64,000 nt of DNA from Acidimicrobiia bacterium (GCA_029210695.1 JARGFH010000011.1:1010-65009); one strand, 5' to 3'. Numbered from the stretch's first letter, positions 36,515 through 47,357 are shown. The notes: generated by a model not told the origin, from the letters alone. Numbers and translations are program-made.

Positions 36515-37504
36515 ATGCGTTTTGGAACTTTCATCCCCCAGGGCTGGCGTCTCGACCTCGTCGGGATCCCGGATGAAGAGCAATGGCCGACGATGGTGCG
36601 GGTTGCCAAAGAGATCGAACAGTCGGGCTTTGAGTCGGCGTGGGTTTACGACCATTTCCACACGGTCCCGAAGCCCACCCAGGAACCCACTTATGAGGCA
36701 TGGACGCTCATGGCTGCGCTGGCCGCCGTCACCGACACCGTCCGACTAGGCCAGATGTGCACCTGCAACTCCTACCGGCCGCCGTCGTATCTGGCCAAAG
36801 TGGCAGCCACCATCGACGTCATCTCGGGCGGCCGCCTCGAGATGGGCATCGGGGCGGGATGGTACGAGCACGAGTACGCGGGATACGGCTACGAGTTCCC
36901 CAAACCCTCCGTGCGCATCGGCATGCTCCGCGAAGGCGTCGAGATCATGCGGCGCATGTGGACCGAAGATGCAGTGGATTTCGATGGCAAGTACTACCAA
37001 CTCGCCGGGGCCATCAGTCAACCCAAACCCATCCAGGAGCCACACATCCCGATCTGGATCGCCGGCGGAGGCGAGCAGCTGACCCTCAACGTGGCGGCCC
37101 GGTACGCCGACTACACCAATTTCGGAGGGACGGTCGAGAATTTCACACACAAGTCGAACGTGCTCGCCGGTCACTGCCGGGCGGTCGAGCGCGACTTCGC
37201 AGAGATCACGCGCTCGACCAACTTCAACGTGATCGTCGGCGAAACGGAATCAGACGTAGGAGACAAGCTCGACTGGCATCGCGACCACTACACCCCGCTC
37301 ATCGGGGAGAAACAGGCAGAGCGCACCCTCGGCAACTTCACCGGGCAGGGCGGCCTGGTTGGGACCCCCGAACAGATCGTGGACGAGCTCCGCCGATGGG
37401 AAGCGGCAGGTATGGACTACGCCATCCTCTACTTCGCCGACCTCGCCTACGACGCCTCCAGCCTGGAGTTATTTGCCCGGCAGGTTGTTCCGCAGTTCGG
37501 CTGA
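36515..37504 (+). CDS. LLM-class F420-dependent oxidoreductase
   Basis: Residues MRFGTFIPQGW ... AWVYDHF ... GGRLEMGIGAGW. ATG at 36515. Confidence 0.8.
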   Translation: MRFGTFIPQGWRLDLVGIPDEEQWPTMVRVAKEIEQSGFESAWVYDHFHTVPKPTQEPTYEAWTLMAALAAVTDTVRLGQMCTCNSYRPPSYLAKVAATIDVISGGRLEMGIGAGWYEHEYAGYGYEFPKPSVRIGMLREGVEIMRRMWTEDAVDFDGKYYQLAGAISQPKPIQEPHIPIWIAGGGEQLTLNVAARYADYTNFGGTVENFTHKSNVLAGHCRAVERDFAEITRSTNFNVIVGETESDVGDKLDWHRDHYTPLIGEKQAERTLGNFTGQGGLVGTPEQIVDELRRWEAAGMDYAILYFADLAYDASSLELFARQVVPQFG

Positions 37505-37513
37505 GGGCACCAC

Positions 37514-38704
37514 ATGTCGGCCTCACCTGAGATCGAAGTCCGTATCGCCCGTCCGGAGGATGCAGACGGAATTGTGGCACTGGTCAACCACCGGATCGGC
37601 GAAGAGGACGGACCGGAAGCGCGCCTGACCCTCGACGACCCCCGGTTCGGCCCAGGTGGATGGACCGTTGCCGTGGCCGGAGATCGGGTGGTTTCGACGC
37701 TCGGGTTGTTCTCCAGCAGGACTCACATCGGATCTGTGGTGGTTCCATCGTCCGCCATCGAGTTCGTTGCCACAGCGACGGAATTCGAAGGGAGAGGTCT
37801 CGTCCGTCGACAACTCGAACTCGTCCACCGGATTTCGTCGGAACGAGGCGATCTAGTGCAGTGGATGGTCGGTATCCCCTACTTCTACCGACGGTTCGGA
37901 TATGAATATGCAGTTCCGACACCGGACACGATCGACATCACTCCGCCGATTCCCGGTGGAGCAGACGACGTGACGTTTCGGATGGCGTCGATCGACGACC
38001 TCGATCACATCCTGGCGCTCCAGGATCACGCGGCTTCCTCGGCAATGATGGTCGCCGAGCACGACGGGCTGATGTGGTCATGGCTGATCGCCTCTCCCGT
38101 CTATCGCGTGATTGTCGCCGAGCGGGGCGACCGACCCGTCGGCATGATGCGGACGTATGACGACGACGGTACGACACTCGTTTTCGACTTGTCTGCGGCC
38201 GACCCCGGCACCTTTCGGAGTCTCATCGGAGAGGCCGGTCGAGTCGGCGGCGGAGTCACCATTGCGATGCGCCCGGGTTTCGAAGACTTCGCAGCTGACT
38301 TGCCGACCCGAACGAATGATGGATACGCCTACTACGCGCGGGTTCCAAAACCCGCCGACCTGCTCGAGGCCATCCGACCGGAGCTGAACCTCCGGCTGAC
38401 GGGGTCCGGGCTCGAAGTCGACGATGGTGAGCTACTGCTGTCTTTATACCGCGAGTCGATGCGCTTGGCGATCGAGAAGGGTCGGCTCGGTCCCGTGGCA
38501 ACCGGCGGAAGGGTTCAGGCACCGGTGTCGGCGGGCGGATCCGGTGTTCCGCCCGACCTCATCGCCCATCTCATCCTCGGGCCGCTCGGTGCCCTGGAAC
38601 TCGAACGCCGCCATGCCGATGTGCTCCTGGGACAACAGCGCCGCCTGATGGACGCCCTCTTCCCACCCCAGACCGTTGATGTGCAGTCCTGGGTGTGGCC
38701 CTAG
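37514..38704 (+). CDS. GNAT-family N-acetyltransferase, Eis-like length (~396 aa)
   Basis: GNAT acetyl-CoA motif RPEDADGIVALVNHR ... EFEGRGLVRRQL in the N-terminal domain. The size and two-domain layout resemble Eis aminoglycoside acetyltransferases, but that is an inference. Confidence 0.55.
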   Translation: MSASPEIEVRIARPEDADGIVALVNHRIGEEDGPEARLTLDDPRFGPGGWTVAVAGDRVVSTLGLFSSRTHIGSVVVPSSAIEFVATATEFEGRGLVRRQLELVHRISSERGDLVQWMVGIPYFYRRFGYEYAVPTPDTIDITPPIPGGADDVTFRMASIDDLDHILALQDHAASSAMMVAEHDGLMWSWLIASPVYRVIVAERGDRPVGMMRTYDDDGTTLVFDLSAADPGTFRSLIGEAGRVGGGVTIAMRPGFEDFAADLPTRTNDGYAYYARVPKPADLLEAIRPELNLRLTGSGLEVDDGELLLSLYRESMRLAIEKGRLGPVATGGRVQAPVSAGGSGVPPDLIAHLILGPLGALELERRHADVLLGQQRRLMDALFPPQTVDVQSWVWP

Positions 38705-38707
38705 CCA

Positions 38708-38735
38708 GCAATTGGCAATTGGCAATTGGCAATTG
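38708..38735. repeat. (GCAATTG)x4 heptamer microsatellite between convergent genes
   Basis: Read directly from the sequence. Same unit as at 13778..13798. Confidence 0.9.
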
Positions 38736-38749
38736 GCAACAGGCAAATC

Positions 38750-39235
38750 CTACCGGCCCTCTCCCCGGTCTTCTCGTGCCAGGACGCCAACGGTCAGGAG
38801 GAGCGTGGCAGCTGCTCCCAGCCCGGCCGCCTGCACCAGAAGGCCGCGCTCGAGAGGGGCCTGTGCCGCTGTCAGCACCAGCGCGGCAACGACGGCCACA
38901 CCGACGGCGAGTCCGAACATCCTCGGCGCCTGGCGCCCCAACGCGCCCGGCAGCCGATCACGCCGTTCTACGAGGCCTGCACCGGCGTCGAGAAACACGA
39001 AGAGCAGCGCAGCCCACCCAACCGTCCACCAGGCAGCGCCCTCAGAAGGATCGAGCGCGACGGCCACCTCCACGAGAAAAACGGTGGCGCTCATCGCCAG
39101 CAGGGCTACCCGTCCCGCCACTGAACCACCAACCCCGAGAGTGATGCCGATGACCCCCAACGCAACCGGGGCGGGTCCGGATCGACCGACAAGGACGGGC
39201 ATGATTGCCAGGCCCACGGCAACGAGACCAACCAT
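38750..39235 (-). CDS. Hypothetical membrane protein (4 TM)
   Basis: ATG at 39235. The longer 309-aa ORF overlaps the upstream DUF58 gene and is rejected. Confidence 0.45.
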   Translation of the reverse strand: MVGLVAVGLAIMPVLVGRSGPAPVALGVIGITLGVGGSVAGRVALLAMSATVFLVEVAVALDPSEGAAWWTVGWAALLFVFLDAGAGLVERRDRLPGALGRQAPRMFGLAVGVAVVAALVLTAAQAPLERGLLVQAAGLGAAATLLLTVGVLAREDRGEGR

Positions 39236-39246
39236 CCATGCGGAGT

Positions 39247-40546
39247 TCAGACGCGGGCGCGTAGCAGCCTCCTCCGGAACGAGTCCGCCTGCAAGATCGC
39301 ATTCGGGAAAGGATCTCCGACGCTCCACGGCGCTACGACGACTCCCTGGCGCTCGAACCGATGCCGGATGTGGTCGCGCTCGAGCGACCAGATCCTCCTG
39401 GCGATGGCGTCGATATCGTCGCGCGGGGCCGGCAGGTAGTCGTGCAGCTCGAGTTCGATGATGGCAAGGTCGAATCCCCGACCGCGCACGTCGGCGAGCG
39501 CGCGCACGGCCCGGTCGTCGAGCAAAGGGCTGAGCGCAATGATCAAGGCGTTTGCAGGGAGTGACCGCCTGGGAACGGCCCCGAGGCCGCGCCAGTATTG
39601 TTGCCACACCAACCGGCTCTCCATCAGCGTGTCGAGCACCCGGTAGCGGTGCCGGTCGCCCATTCCGGGCTGAAGCCACCGAACCGGCTCCCCGAACGCC
39701 AGCAATCCGACCCGATCAAGGCGACGTCCGTGTGCCTCCGTCAGTGATGTCACGGCCCTCACAGCCAGGTCGAGCGTCTGGTCAACACCGCGTCGCGCTT
39801 CGGCGAAAGTATCGAGCATGAACACGACGTCGGCACTGCGCTCGGGATGTCGCTCGGTGATCCACGGTTCACCCGCCCTGGCCGTGACCCGCCAGTTGAT
39901 CGAACGCGGATCGTCGCCGGGCACATAGGCGCGCAAATCAGCGTATTCGAAGCCGGCACTCCGGGCCCGGCTCACCAGATCGCCAAAACCGAGCCGGGTC
40001 TCAATCGGTTCGAGCAACCGGCGCAGTACCGCAGCCGGAGGGAAGACCTTCAGTTGGAGCACCGCACCCACTCTGATCGAGCGAGCGTGCGTACCGATCA
40101 ACGACCGTGAGCGCACATCCACTCGGTCGAAGCGGTACGTCCCCCAATGGACGCAACGCAACCCGATCTCGATCGTCGATGGCCCGGCAGGTAGGGAAGC
40201 CAACACGACGCCCTCGTCGATGACGGCGGGTACGCCATTCAGGCCGGCGTCGACGAATTCGACCCCGTCCGGAAGTGGAATCAGGACATCGGTGCGTCGT
40301 ATCGGCCGCGCCGCTTCCAGAGAAATCACGACAGTCACCCGTTCACCTTCGAGTGCTCGCCGCCGGTTGAGCGCGGCGGAGACCGCCAGTCCCGGCGCCT
40401 CCTCCGTCAGCGACCCCAAACCGACTAGAACAAGGAACGGCGTCCCGATCGCCACCAGCTCCGGCCTCCCGGTTCCAAGTCCAAGCGCAACCGCCAGTGC
40501 GCCGACGACCAGGAAGACACGTAGCCGTCGGGTCGAGGTGGTGGTC
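39247..40546 (-). CDS. DUF58 (vWA-like) domain protein, MoxR partner
   Basis: The DUF58 core (the region from ...VFMLDTF to ...RWLQPG, about 60 aa) matches DUF58. A GTG start overlaps the MoxR stop (GTGA). Confidence 0.7.
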
Positions 40547-41504
40547 ACGAATGACCGGGGACGGTGGGCGGGACGGGCACCGCTTCGAGACAATCCCTGA
40601 CGATGTCGGCGTCGGTGATGTCCTGCACCCACATTTCCGGCTTCAGAATCAGCCGGTGCGCCAGGGCCGAAACGGCGACCGACTTCACATCATCAGGTGT
40701 GACGAAGTCGCGACCGCCGAGCGCCGCCCGGGCTCGTGAGAGCTTCAGCAGAGCCAGTGAGCCCCGGGGGCTCGATCCAACCTGGACCCGGTGCTGCTCC
40801 CTGGTGGCGGCAACGACGGCCACCAAATAGTCCAGAATACCCGGGTCTACATGGACCTCCTCGACCGCCGCCTGCATCGTTCGTAGCTCTGCAGGCGTGA
40901 TGACAGGATCGAGGTCAACCTCATCTACCCGGCGCTCCAACCGGTTGGCCAGCATTGCCCGTTCATCCAGCGCAGTCGGATAGCCAACGCTGATGCGCAT
41001 GATGAACCGGTCCAGCTGGGCCTCCGGAAGCGGATACGTACCCTCATATTCAATCGGGTTCTGTGTGGCGATGACCAGGAAGGGCCGTTCGATCGGATGC
41101 GAGACACCATCGATCGTGACCTGCCGTTCTTGCATAGCCTCGAGCAGTGCCGCCTGGGTCTTGGCAGGGGCGCGATTGACTTCATCCGCCAGCAACAAGT
41201 TGGAGAACACGGGACCGCGCCGGAACTCGAATGATGCGGTCTGAGGGTCCATCACAGTTGAGCCGGTGATGTCCATCGGCATGAGGTCCGGCGTGAATTG
41301 GAGGCGGGCGAACTCGAGGCCGGTAACGACCGCAAATGATCGGGCCATGAGGGTCTTGGCCAGCCCCGGATAGTCCTCGATGAGGACGTGGCCGTCCGAC
41401 AACATGGCCATCAAGACCATCTCGAGGGCAAGACGCTTACCTAGCACGGCCTTCTCGACTTCATCGATGACCAGTCGCGCTCGCTCAGCCACGGTGTTGC
41501 TCAT
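40545..41504 (-). CDS. MoxR-family AAA+ ATPase
   Basis: Residues VLIEDYPGLAKTLMARSFA (Walker A variant) ... LLADEVNRAPAKTQAALLEAMQERQVT. 319 aa. Confidence 0.9.
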   Translation of the reverse strand: MSNTVAERARLVIDEVEKAVLGKRLALEMVLMAMLSDGHVLIEDYPGLAKTLMARSFAVVTGLEFARLQFTPDLMPMDITGSTVMDPQTASFEFRRGPVFSNLLLADEVNRAPAKTQAALLEAMQERQVTIDGVSHPIERPFLVIATQNPIEYEGTYPLPEAQLDRFIMRISVGYPTALDERAMLANRLERRVDEVDLDPVITPAELRTMQAAVEEVHVDPGILDYLVAVVAATREQHRVQVGSSPRGSLALLKLSRARAALGGRDFVTPDDVKSVAVSALAHRLILKPEMWVQDITDADIVRDCLEAVPVPPTVPGHS

Positions 41505-42025
41505 GACTGGGAGCCTATCGGCGCTGCACCGTCCCGGCTCTCGATCCGCTCGATGGCCGTCACCAAAGCATGGAGTTCGCTCACAGATGGACCCGGTATC
41601 CCGACGTCCTCGATGAGAACCCGATCAGGCCGCAACAGGGCCCAGGCCGGTGCTCCGAGGATACCTTCGGATCGCTCCGGTGAACCGGCCAGGGTCACGC
41701 CGTAGCTGGACAAGAGGCGCGCATCGGCAATCTCACGCAGTCTCGGAAGCAGCCGATGATCGAAATCGACCATGCTCGTTCGGGAGAACCCAACCAGGCG
41801 CTCGAATCTGACCAGGCGGGGAGGAAGCCGCTCCACTCGATCGCGCCGGTAGCGGAACTCCGGCGGCGACTCCCGACGGGCCGGGCCGGGCAGGCGCAAT
41901 GCCAGGATCACGACGAGCAGAACCAGGGCCTCGAATCCAAGGAGTTCAACGGTACCGTCGGAGAAGACGAGCAGCCCTAGTGCGGCGATTGTCACGAACA
42001 CGACCGCAACCAGCATCCGCCTCAT
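41501..42025 (-). CDS. Hypothetical membrane-anchored protein in the MoxR operon
   Basis: 174 aa with an N-terminal TM pair. Overlaps its neighbours by 4 nt. Confidence 0.45.
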   Translation of the reverse strand: MRRMLVAVVFVTIAALGLLVFSDGTVELLGFEALVLLVVILALRLPGPARRESPPEFRYRRDRVERLPPRLVRFERLVGFSRTSMVDFDHRLLPRLREIADARLLSSYGVTLAGSPERSEGILGAPAWALLRPDRVLIEDVGIPGPSVSELHALVTAIERIESRDGAAPIGSQS

Positions 42026-42864
42026 ACAGTGGCCAAACCGGCGCGGATCTCGCGCAGAGCCGCAATCGCCTCCGCCGCCATATTCTCACCGATCATATGC
42101 GTGCTGAAACGGGCTTCCTCGAACAAACCCGTGAGAGCAACGATCGCCTCTGCGTCGACCTCGAGGCGGCGAAGTGACCGCTCCACGTATTCGAGCGGGG
42201 CTTCATGGCGGCGCCTGGGGACACCTGCCCCGGCCAGCGACATCTCCATTCTCGTATAGGCAGCGATTACCACGGTACGGGGGTCTCCTCCCAGTTCGAG
42301 GTCGAAGATGGCGGCGTCAACGGAGGCAATGATTCCGGTCACGTCGGGCGCGTCGTCGGCCGGCCCTCTACCCCTGACGTGAGAAAGAACCGCGATAGCC
42401 ACGAGAATCGCCCCCGCAAAGAGAACGAGGACCCAGGCCGAGCCGGCCACCTGTTGTGGAGGAGCCTCGGCCAGCGAACCCTCACCGGGGAGGCCGACCT
42501 GGCGGCCCTCTCGTCCGTCGCCGCCCCCCGGTCCGACCGAGAGGATGACCGCGGCCACAACCGCCAGGACGAGAAACAGTGCGATGGGTCTGGAACGTCG
42601 CCTCCCTCCACCTGCGCGCTCCATCCGACCGCGCGGTGAGCTCAGCACCATGAACGCAACAAACCCCAGTAGGGCCAGAACCAGCCAGGTCAGAACCGTC
42701 AAAGGATCCCAACCGAGCTCCGACGCCATTCGCCGGGAGGTCCCGGTGCCGGGCATTTGGCGGGCCCCAATGGCGGCGAGACCCGCCAGTCCGACGCCGG
42801 CGGCGACGAGCAGAACCACTGCCCAGGGCGGCAGTTTTGGTCCTAAGCTCCGGTTCTCCCTCAT
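42022..42864 (-). CDS. Membrane protein with a DUF4129-like C-terminal domain (MoxR operon)
   Basis: Multiple TM segments plus a C-terminal alpha-helical domain. Gene order matches the common MoxR-DUF58 arrangement. Confidence 0.5.
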   Translation of the reverse strand: MRENRSLGPKLPPWAVVLLVAAGVGLAGLAAIGARQMPGTGTSRRMASELGWDPLTVLTWLVLALLGFVAFMVLSSPRGRMERAGGGRRRSRPIALFLVLAVVAAVILSVGPGGGDGREGRQVGLPGEGSLAEAPPQQVAGSAWVLVLFAGAILVAIAVLSHVRGRGPADDAPDVTGIIASVDAAIFDLELGGDPRTVVIAAYTRMEMSLAGAGVPRRRHEAPLEYVERSLRRLEVDAEAIVALTGLFEEARFSTHMIGENMAAEAIAALREIRAGLATV

Positions 42865-42912
42865 GGCGAGGAGCCTACCGAACAGGAACTTCTAGATCCT
42901 GAGTTGAATAGC

Positions 42913-43887
42913 TCAGACTGTCAGCACCACTTTGCCGGTCGCCCTGCGGTCCGTCAGTGCCTCAAAGGCAGCTTCGTACTCTTCCAGCGGGTAGATGTCC
43001 GTTACCCGCGGATGGAGCTTTCCCTCCGCCACCATCGCGAAGAGCTCGCCGAAGTTCCGCAACGAGGCCGCCGGGTCCTTGGACGTCCAGCTCCCCCAGA
43101 AGACCCCGACGAGGGAGACTCCCTTGAGCAGCATCAAGTTGAGCGGGATTTCGGGGATCGCCCCCGAGGCAAATCCGATTACTAGAAAGCGTCCTTCCCA
43201 GGCCGTCGAGCGAAGGGCGAGTTCCGAGAGCTCACCGCCGACCGGGTCGTAGACGACGTCGACTCCGCGCCCGTCGGTGAGTGCTTTGATCCGGTCCCGG
43301 AGGTTCTCCGTCGAGTAGTTGATGATCTCGTCTGCGCCCATCCCGGTGGCGAAGGCGAGTTTCTCTTCGGTTGAGGCGGCGGCGATGACCCGGGCTCCCA
43401 TTGCCTTGCCGATCTCCACCGCAGAGCTACCAACGCCACCGGCGGCTCCGAGCACCAGGAGTGTCTCACCGGGTTCGAGGTTGGCCCGCTGTTTCAGCGC
43501 GTAGTAGGAGGTGCCGTAGGTGAGCCCGAATGCGGCTGCTTCAACGAAACTGAGGTGCTCCGGCTTTGGCATCGTCGTGGATGCCTCCACCTTCCACTTC
43601 TCAGAGAAGGCGCCGGACACTCCCATAGCCACCACCGGGTCACCGATAGCGAACCGATCAACCGCATCGCCGACCGCCGAGACCAATCCGGCTGCCTCGC
43701 CGCCCGGGACGAAGGGAAGATCCGGCTGGAACTGGTACTTGCCCTCGATGACAAGAGTGTCCGGGAAGTTGAGGGCAGCCGCCCGCACGTCGATGACGAC
43801 TTCACCCGGCCCTGGCACCGGATCGGGCATCTCGCCGATAGACAAGCGCCCGGCCGGGCCAAGCTCGGTGCAGACGACTGCCCGCAC
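42913..43887 (-). CDS. NADPH:quinone oxidoreductase / zinc-binding dehydrogenase (MDR superfamily)
   Basis: Residues GEVVIDVRAAALNFPDTL ... LVLGAAGGVGSSAVEIGKAMGARVIAAAST. Confidence 0.8.
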   Translation of the reverse strand: MRAVVCTELGPAGRLSIGEMPDPVPGPGEVVIDVRAAALNFPDTLVIEGKYQFQPDLPFVPGGEAAGLVSAVGDAVDRFAIGDPVVAMGVSGAFSEKWKVEASTTMPKPEHLSFVEAAAFGLTYGTSYYALKQRANLEPGETLLVLGAAGGVGSSAVEIGKAMGARVIAAASTEEKLAFATGMGADEIINYSTENLRDRIKALTDGRGVDVVYDPVGGELSELALRSTAWEGRFLVIGFASGAIPEIPLNLMLLKGVSLVGVFWGSWTSKDPAASLRNFGELFAMVAEGKLHPRVTDIYPLEEYEAAFEALTDRRATGKVVLTV

Positions 43888-43889
43888 GT

Positions 43890-45071
43890 CTAGGCCACCT
43901 CGAACAGGCCGGCTGCGCCTTGGCCGCCGCCGACACACATGGTGCTCACGACGTACCTGGCCCCGCGCCGCTTTCCCTCGATGAGCGAGTGGGCGACCAT
44001 CCGGGATCCGCTCATACCGTACGGATGGCCGATGGCGATCGCTCCACCGTTGACGTTGTAGATCTCGTTGTCGATTCCCAGTTCATCACGGCAGTAGATC
44101 GTCTGGACTGCGAAAGCTTCGTTCAACTCCCACAGGTCGATGTCGTTCATGGTCAGGTTGAAACGCTCGAGGAGCTTCGGAACTGCGAATACGGGGCCGA
44201 TCCCCATGATCTCAGGATCCGTACCCGCCACCGCGATGCCCCGGTAGTAGCCGAGCGGTTCCAGCCCGCGGCGCTCCGCCTCAGCAGCCTCCATCATCAC
44301 TACCGCCGACGATCCGTCGGACAACTGGCTCGCATTGCCTGCAGTGATCGTCCCGTTCGGCAAAACAACCTTGAGCGAAGACAGACCTTCGAGGGTTGTG
44401 TCGGCTCGGTTGCCTTCGTCTTTGGTCAGGGTCACTTCCTCGATGCTGGTTTCGCCTGTTTCCTTGTTCATCACCAGTTTCTGTGCGGTCATCGGCACGA
44501 TCTCGTCATCGAACTTGCCGGCCGCCTGGCCCGCCGCGATCCGCTGCTGACTCTGGAGCCCGTATTCGTCCTGTGCTTCACGCGAGATTCCGTATCGCTC
44601 GGCCACCACCTCCGCCGTTTGCAGCATCGGCATGTAAGCGTGCTCGAAATTGGCGAGGACATTTGGATCGAAGAACCGGTCCATTCGCATGTCGTTGGTC
44701 TGCACGAGGCTGATCGACTCGACGCCGCCGGCTACCACGATGTTCATGTTGTCTTGGATGATCTGCTTGGCACCGGTGGCGATCGCCATCATTCCGGACG
44801 AGCATTGCCGGTCGATGGTCATCCCCGGAACGGTGGCGGGGAACCCGGCGGCCAGGACCGACATGCGACCCAGGTTGTAGGCCTGGGTGCCCTGTGCCTG
44901 TGCGCAACCCATGATCACATCGTCGATTTCGCCCGGCTCGATTCCGGAGCGTTCGACGGCATGCCGGAGGCTGTGGGCGGCCAGTGTGGGCGCCTCTGTG
45001 TTGTTGAACGCTCCTCGGTACGCTCTTCCGATTGGTGTTCTTGCTGTCGAGACGATGACGGCTTCACGCAT
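43890..45071 (-). CDS. Acetyl-CoA C-acyltransferase (thiolase)
   Basis: Residues [22 protein letters not shown] ... NRQCSSGM (active Cys) ... CVGGGQG at the C-terminus. Confidence 0.9.
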   Translation of the reverse strand: MREAVIVSTARTPIGRAYRGAFNNTEAPTLAAHSLRHAVERSGIEPGEIDDVIMGCAQAQGTQAYNLGRMSVLAAGFPATVPGMTIDRQCSSGMMAIATGAKQIIQDNMNIVVAGGVESISLVQTNDMRMDRFFDPNVLANFEHAYMPMLQTAEVVAERYGISREAQDEYGLQSQQRIAAGQAAGKFDDEIVPMTAQKLVMNKETGETSIEEVTLTKDEGNRADTTLEGLSSLKVVLPNGTITAGNASQLSDGSSAVVMMEAAEAERRGLEPLGYYRGIAVAGTDPEIMGIGPVFAVPKLLERFNLTMNDIDLWELNEAFAVQTIYCRDELGIDNEIYNVNGGAIAIGHPYGMSGSRMVAHSLIEGKRRGARYVVSTMCVGGGQGAAGLFEVA

Positions 45072-45171
45072 TCGTTTTCTCCTGTTTCTATCCGAGCGGG
45101 GGCCGGGTTTCCCGGCCACCTCGGTGGTGGTCACTTATCGGGCAAGAGGCTGATTCGCCCTCTCCTCGGTC

Positions 45172-45633
45172 TCACGGAACGATGAACATCGAGAGGGTCT
45201 CGGCGATGAGTGCCGGCTTCTCAGAATCTTTGATCTCGACCGTGACTTCTTTCTTGAACAGGTACCTGCCCGGCGCTTTCTCGGCGAGATCGGCCAACCG
45301 GACTTTGGCCCGCACCTCGCTGCCAACTCTGACCGGCTCCAGAAAGCGCACCTTGTCCAAACCGTAGTTGATGGCCATGACCATGCCTTCGGGGATGATC
45401 CCGGCCGAGGCGGTCAAGAACGGCAGCAGCGAAAGGGTCAGGAAGCCGTGCGCAATGGTCGTGCCCCACGGAGTGGCCTTGGCGGCCTCCGGATCGATGT
45501 GAATGAACTGGTGGTCGTTGGTGGCGTTGGCGAACGCGTTGATCCGGTCTTGATCAACGGTGAACCAGTCCGACTCGCCGAGATCTTTGCCGACGTAGTC
45601 GGCGAGTTGGTCAACGGGCACGATCTGCAGCAT
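45172..45633 (-). CDS. MaoC-family (R-specific) enoyl-CoA hydratase / dehydratase
   Basis: Hot-dog fold motif DHQFIHIDPEAAKATPWGTTIAHGFLTLSL. RBS aaaaggag. The start overlaps the upstream kinase gene's end by 23 nt. Confidence 0.75.
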   Translation of the reverse strand: MLQIVPVDQLADYVGKDLGESDWFTVDQDRINAFANATNDHQFIHIDPEAAKATPWGTTIAHGFLTLSLLPFLTASAGIIPEGMVMAINYGLDKVRFLEPVRVGSEVRAKVRLADLAEKAPGRYLFKKEVTVEIKDSEKPALIAETLSMFIVP

Positions 45634-46693
45634 CGGGTACTCCTTTTTGGTTGATGAAGGTGTGGATGTGTTCGAGAGAAGTCTCGGCCAGATGCACGGC
45701 CTGGTCGGCGTACTCCTGGGTGGTGGTCGGGTCAACCTCGCCGTATGCTCCGCCGGCATATCGCATGTAGACGCCCTCCATGATCAACGCCAGCTTCCAG
45801 TACGAGAAGGCAATCGAGTAGCCGACTGCGGTCACGTCCAGGCCCGAGCTGCCGGCATACCGCTCAATCATCTCCGCCCTGGTGGGAAAGCCGGGCATGC
45901 GGCTCGGCGAGTCGTACAGCGGCCCGGCAGGCTCGTCGGGCTCTTGCCACGCCGACATGCAGGTGCCCAGATCGGCCAGCGGATCACCAAGCGTACACAG
46001 CTCCCAATCGAGTACTGCCAGTACCCGTCCGTCGGCGTCCAGCCGGACGTTGTCGATGCGGTAATCCCCGTGTACCACCGAAATCCGCTGCTGGGCCGGA
46101 ACGTGCTGCGCCAGAAGGTCGTGGGCTTCCTGTGCGGCAGGTATGTCTCTGGCTTTGGCCGCCTGCCACTGACCGTTCCATCGTTTCAACTGCCGCTCGA
46201 AGTAACCATCGCGCCTGGCCAGATCACCCAATCCGGCCTCATCGACATCGAGGGCGTGCAGTTCGGCCAGCGTATCCATGAGGTCGAATCCCGCGGTGCG
46301 CCGTGTCGCCACCGACAGATGGTCGGCGTCGGAGGCCGTCTCGATCGTGAACCCGCCGACGTATCCCATGACGTAGAAGTCTGCTCCGAGGATCGAGGCG
46401 TCGTCGGAAAAGCCGACGGTGCCCGGTACCCGGAATCCGGCTGTCTGGAGAGCAGAGATGATGCGATGTTCGCGAGCCATGTCGTGGGCGGATGGAAGGA
46501 GGCCGGACAGCGGCGGTCTACGGAGAACCCAGTGGCGGTCGACGGCATCCGACACGACGTAGGTGAGATTCGACCGACCGACGCTGCTGCGCGTGAAGGC
46601 CAGCGGTTCGTCTAACTCAGGAACCCGGTCGGACAGCCATCGGGTCACATTCGGCACGTCGACGCCGGCAGGACTTGCGGCCTCGTCTGTCAC
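45611..46693 (-). CDS. Phosphotransferase-enzyme-family protein (APH-like kinase, common FadE neighbour)
   Basis: Residues VVHGDYRIDNVRLDADGRVLAVLDWELCTLGDP (Brenner/APH catalytic motif). Confidence 0.75.
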   Translation of the reverse strand: MTDEAASPAGVDVPNVTRWLSDRVPELDEPLAFTRSSVGRSNLTYVVSDAVDRHWVLRRPPLSGLLPSAHDMAREHRIISALQTAGFRVPGTVGFSDDASILGADFYVMGYVGGFTIETASDADHLSVATRRTAGFDLMDTLAELHALDVDEAGLGDLARRDGYFERQLKRWNGQWQAAKARDIPAAQEAHDLLAQHVPAQQRISVVHGDYRIDNVRLDADGRVLAVLDWELCTLGDPLADLGTCMSAWQEPDEPAGPLYDSPSRMPGFPTRAEMIERYAGSSGLDVTAVGYSIAFSYWKLALIMEGVYMRYAGGAYGEVDPTTTQEYADQAVHLAETSLEHIHTFINQKGVPDAADRAR

Positions 46694-46859
46694 CGTGGAC
46701 CTCTCCCTCGAACGCCGTATTCGACACTACCGACTCAAAAGCACCCGGTCGGGCTGCGACGTATATTAGCGATCGTTAACCGACCGTTTTCGCGCGGGGA
46801 TCGCACCCTATAGCGCGCTTTTGCCGCGCGAAAACGCGGTGTGGGGGGACGGGCACCCG

Positions 46860-47357
46860 TCAGTCGTCGTCCTGCTTGTCACGGCCGAGGCCGCGGCCGG
46901 GCTTCTCATTGGAGAACGACTCCACGGCTTTGACCATGGCACTGACCTTCTGCCCGTGTGATTCGAGGGTGGAGGGCGATATGCCGCCTGCCAAGGCGAG
47001 GTGGACCTGGGCAGCCCGCCCGTGACCGTAGGCGTTGCCGTTGTCCGGTTTGTCCTTCTCGTAATCCTTGACCTTGTCGGCCGCCTTAGCCACCATTTCC
47101 TGGGCACGTTCGAGCCCGGTGGCATGACCCGGCTTTCCCTGCGCGTGATCCGGCAGGCCGGTGTCCGGGTTGCGGGTGGCGGCGACCGCCAGCATCTCGA
47201 GTGCGCGTTCTTGCCCGAGGCCGACAGCTTGCCTGGCCTTCTCGAGGACGTGCTGCGGAGGACTTGCGACGTCCTCCGCAGAAACCACAACCGCCGGTGC
47301 GAAGACGAGCGCAACGGTGAGTCCGGCTACTGCCACTCTGTGTGATCTATTCTTCAT
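46860..47357 (-). CDS. Hypothetical secreted protein (signal peptide)
   Basis: RBS AGGAGcgcgaaATG. Signal peptide MKNRSHRVAVAGLTVALVFAPAVVVSA. Confidence 0.5.
   Translation of the reverse strand: MKNRSHRVAVAGLTVALVFAPAVVVSAEDVASPPQHVLEKARQAVGLGQERALEMLAVAATRNPDTGLPDHAQGKPGHATGLERAQEMVAKAADKVKDYEKDKPDNGNAYGHGRAAQVHLALAGGISPSTLESHGQKVSAMVKAVESFSNEKPGRGLGRDKQDDD

Noticed and set aside
46775-46840. Complex inverted repeat cgttttcgcgcgg ... ccgcgcgaaaacgcgg between the kinase-family and secreted-protein genes
   Set aside because: It is likely a terminator or alternative hairpin for the upstream minus-strand gene. No U-tract follows, so no specific function can be argued.
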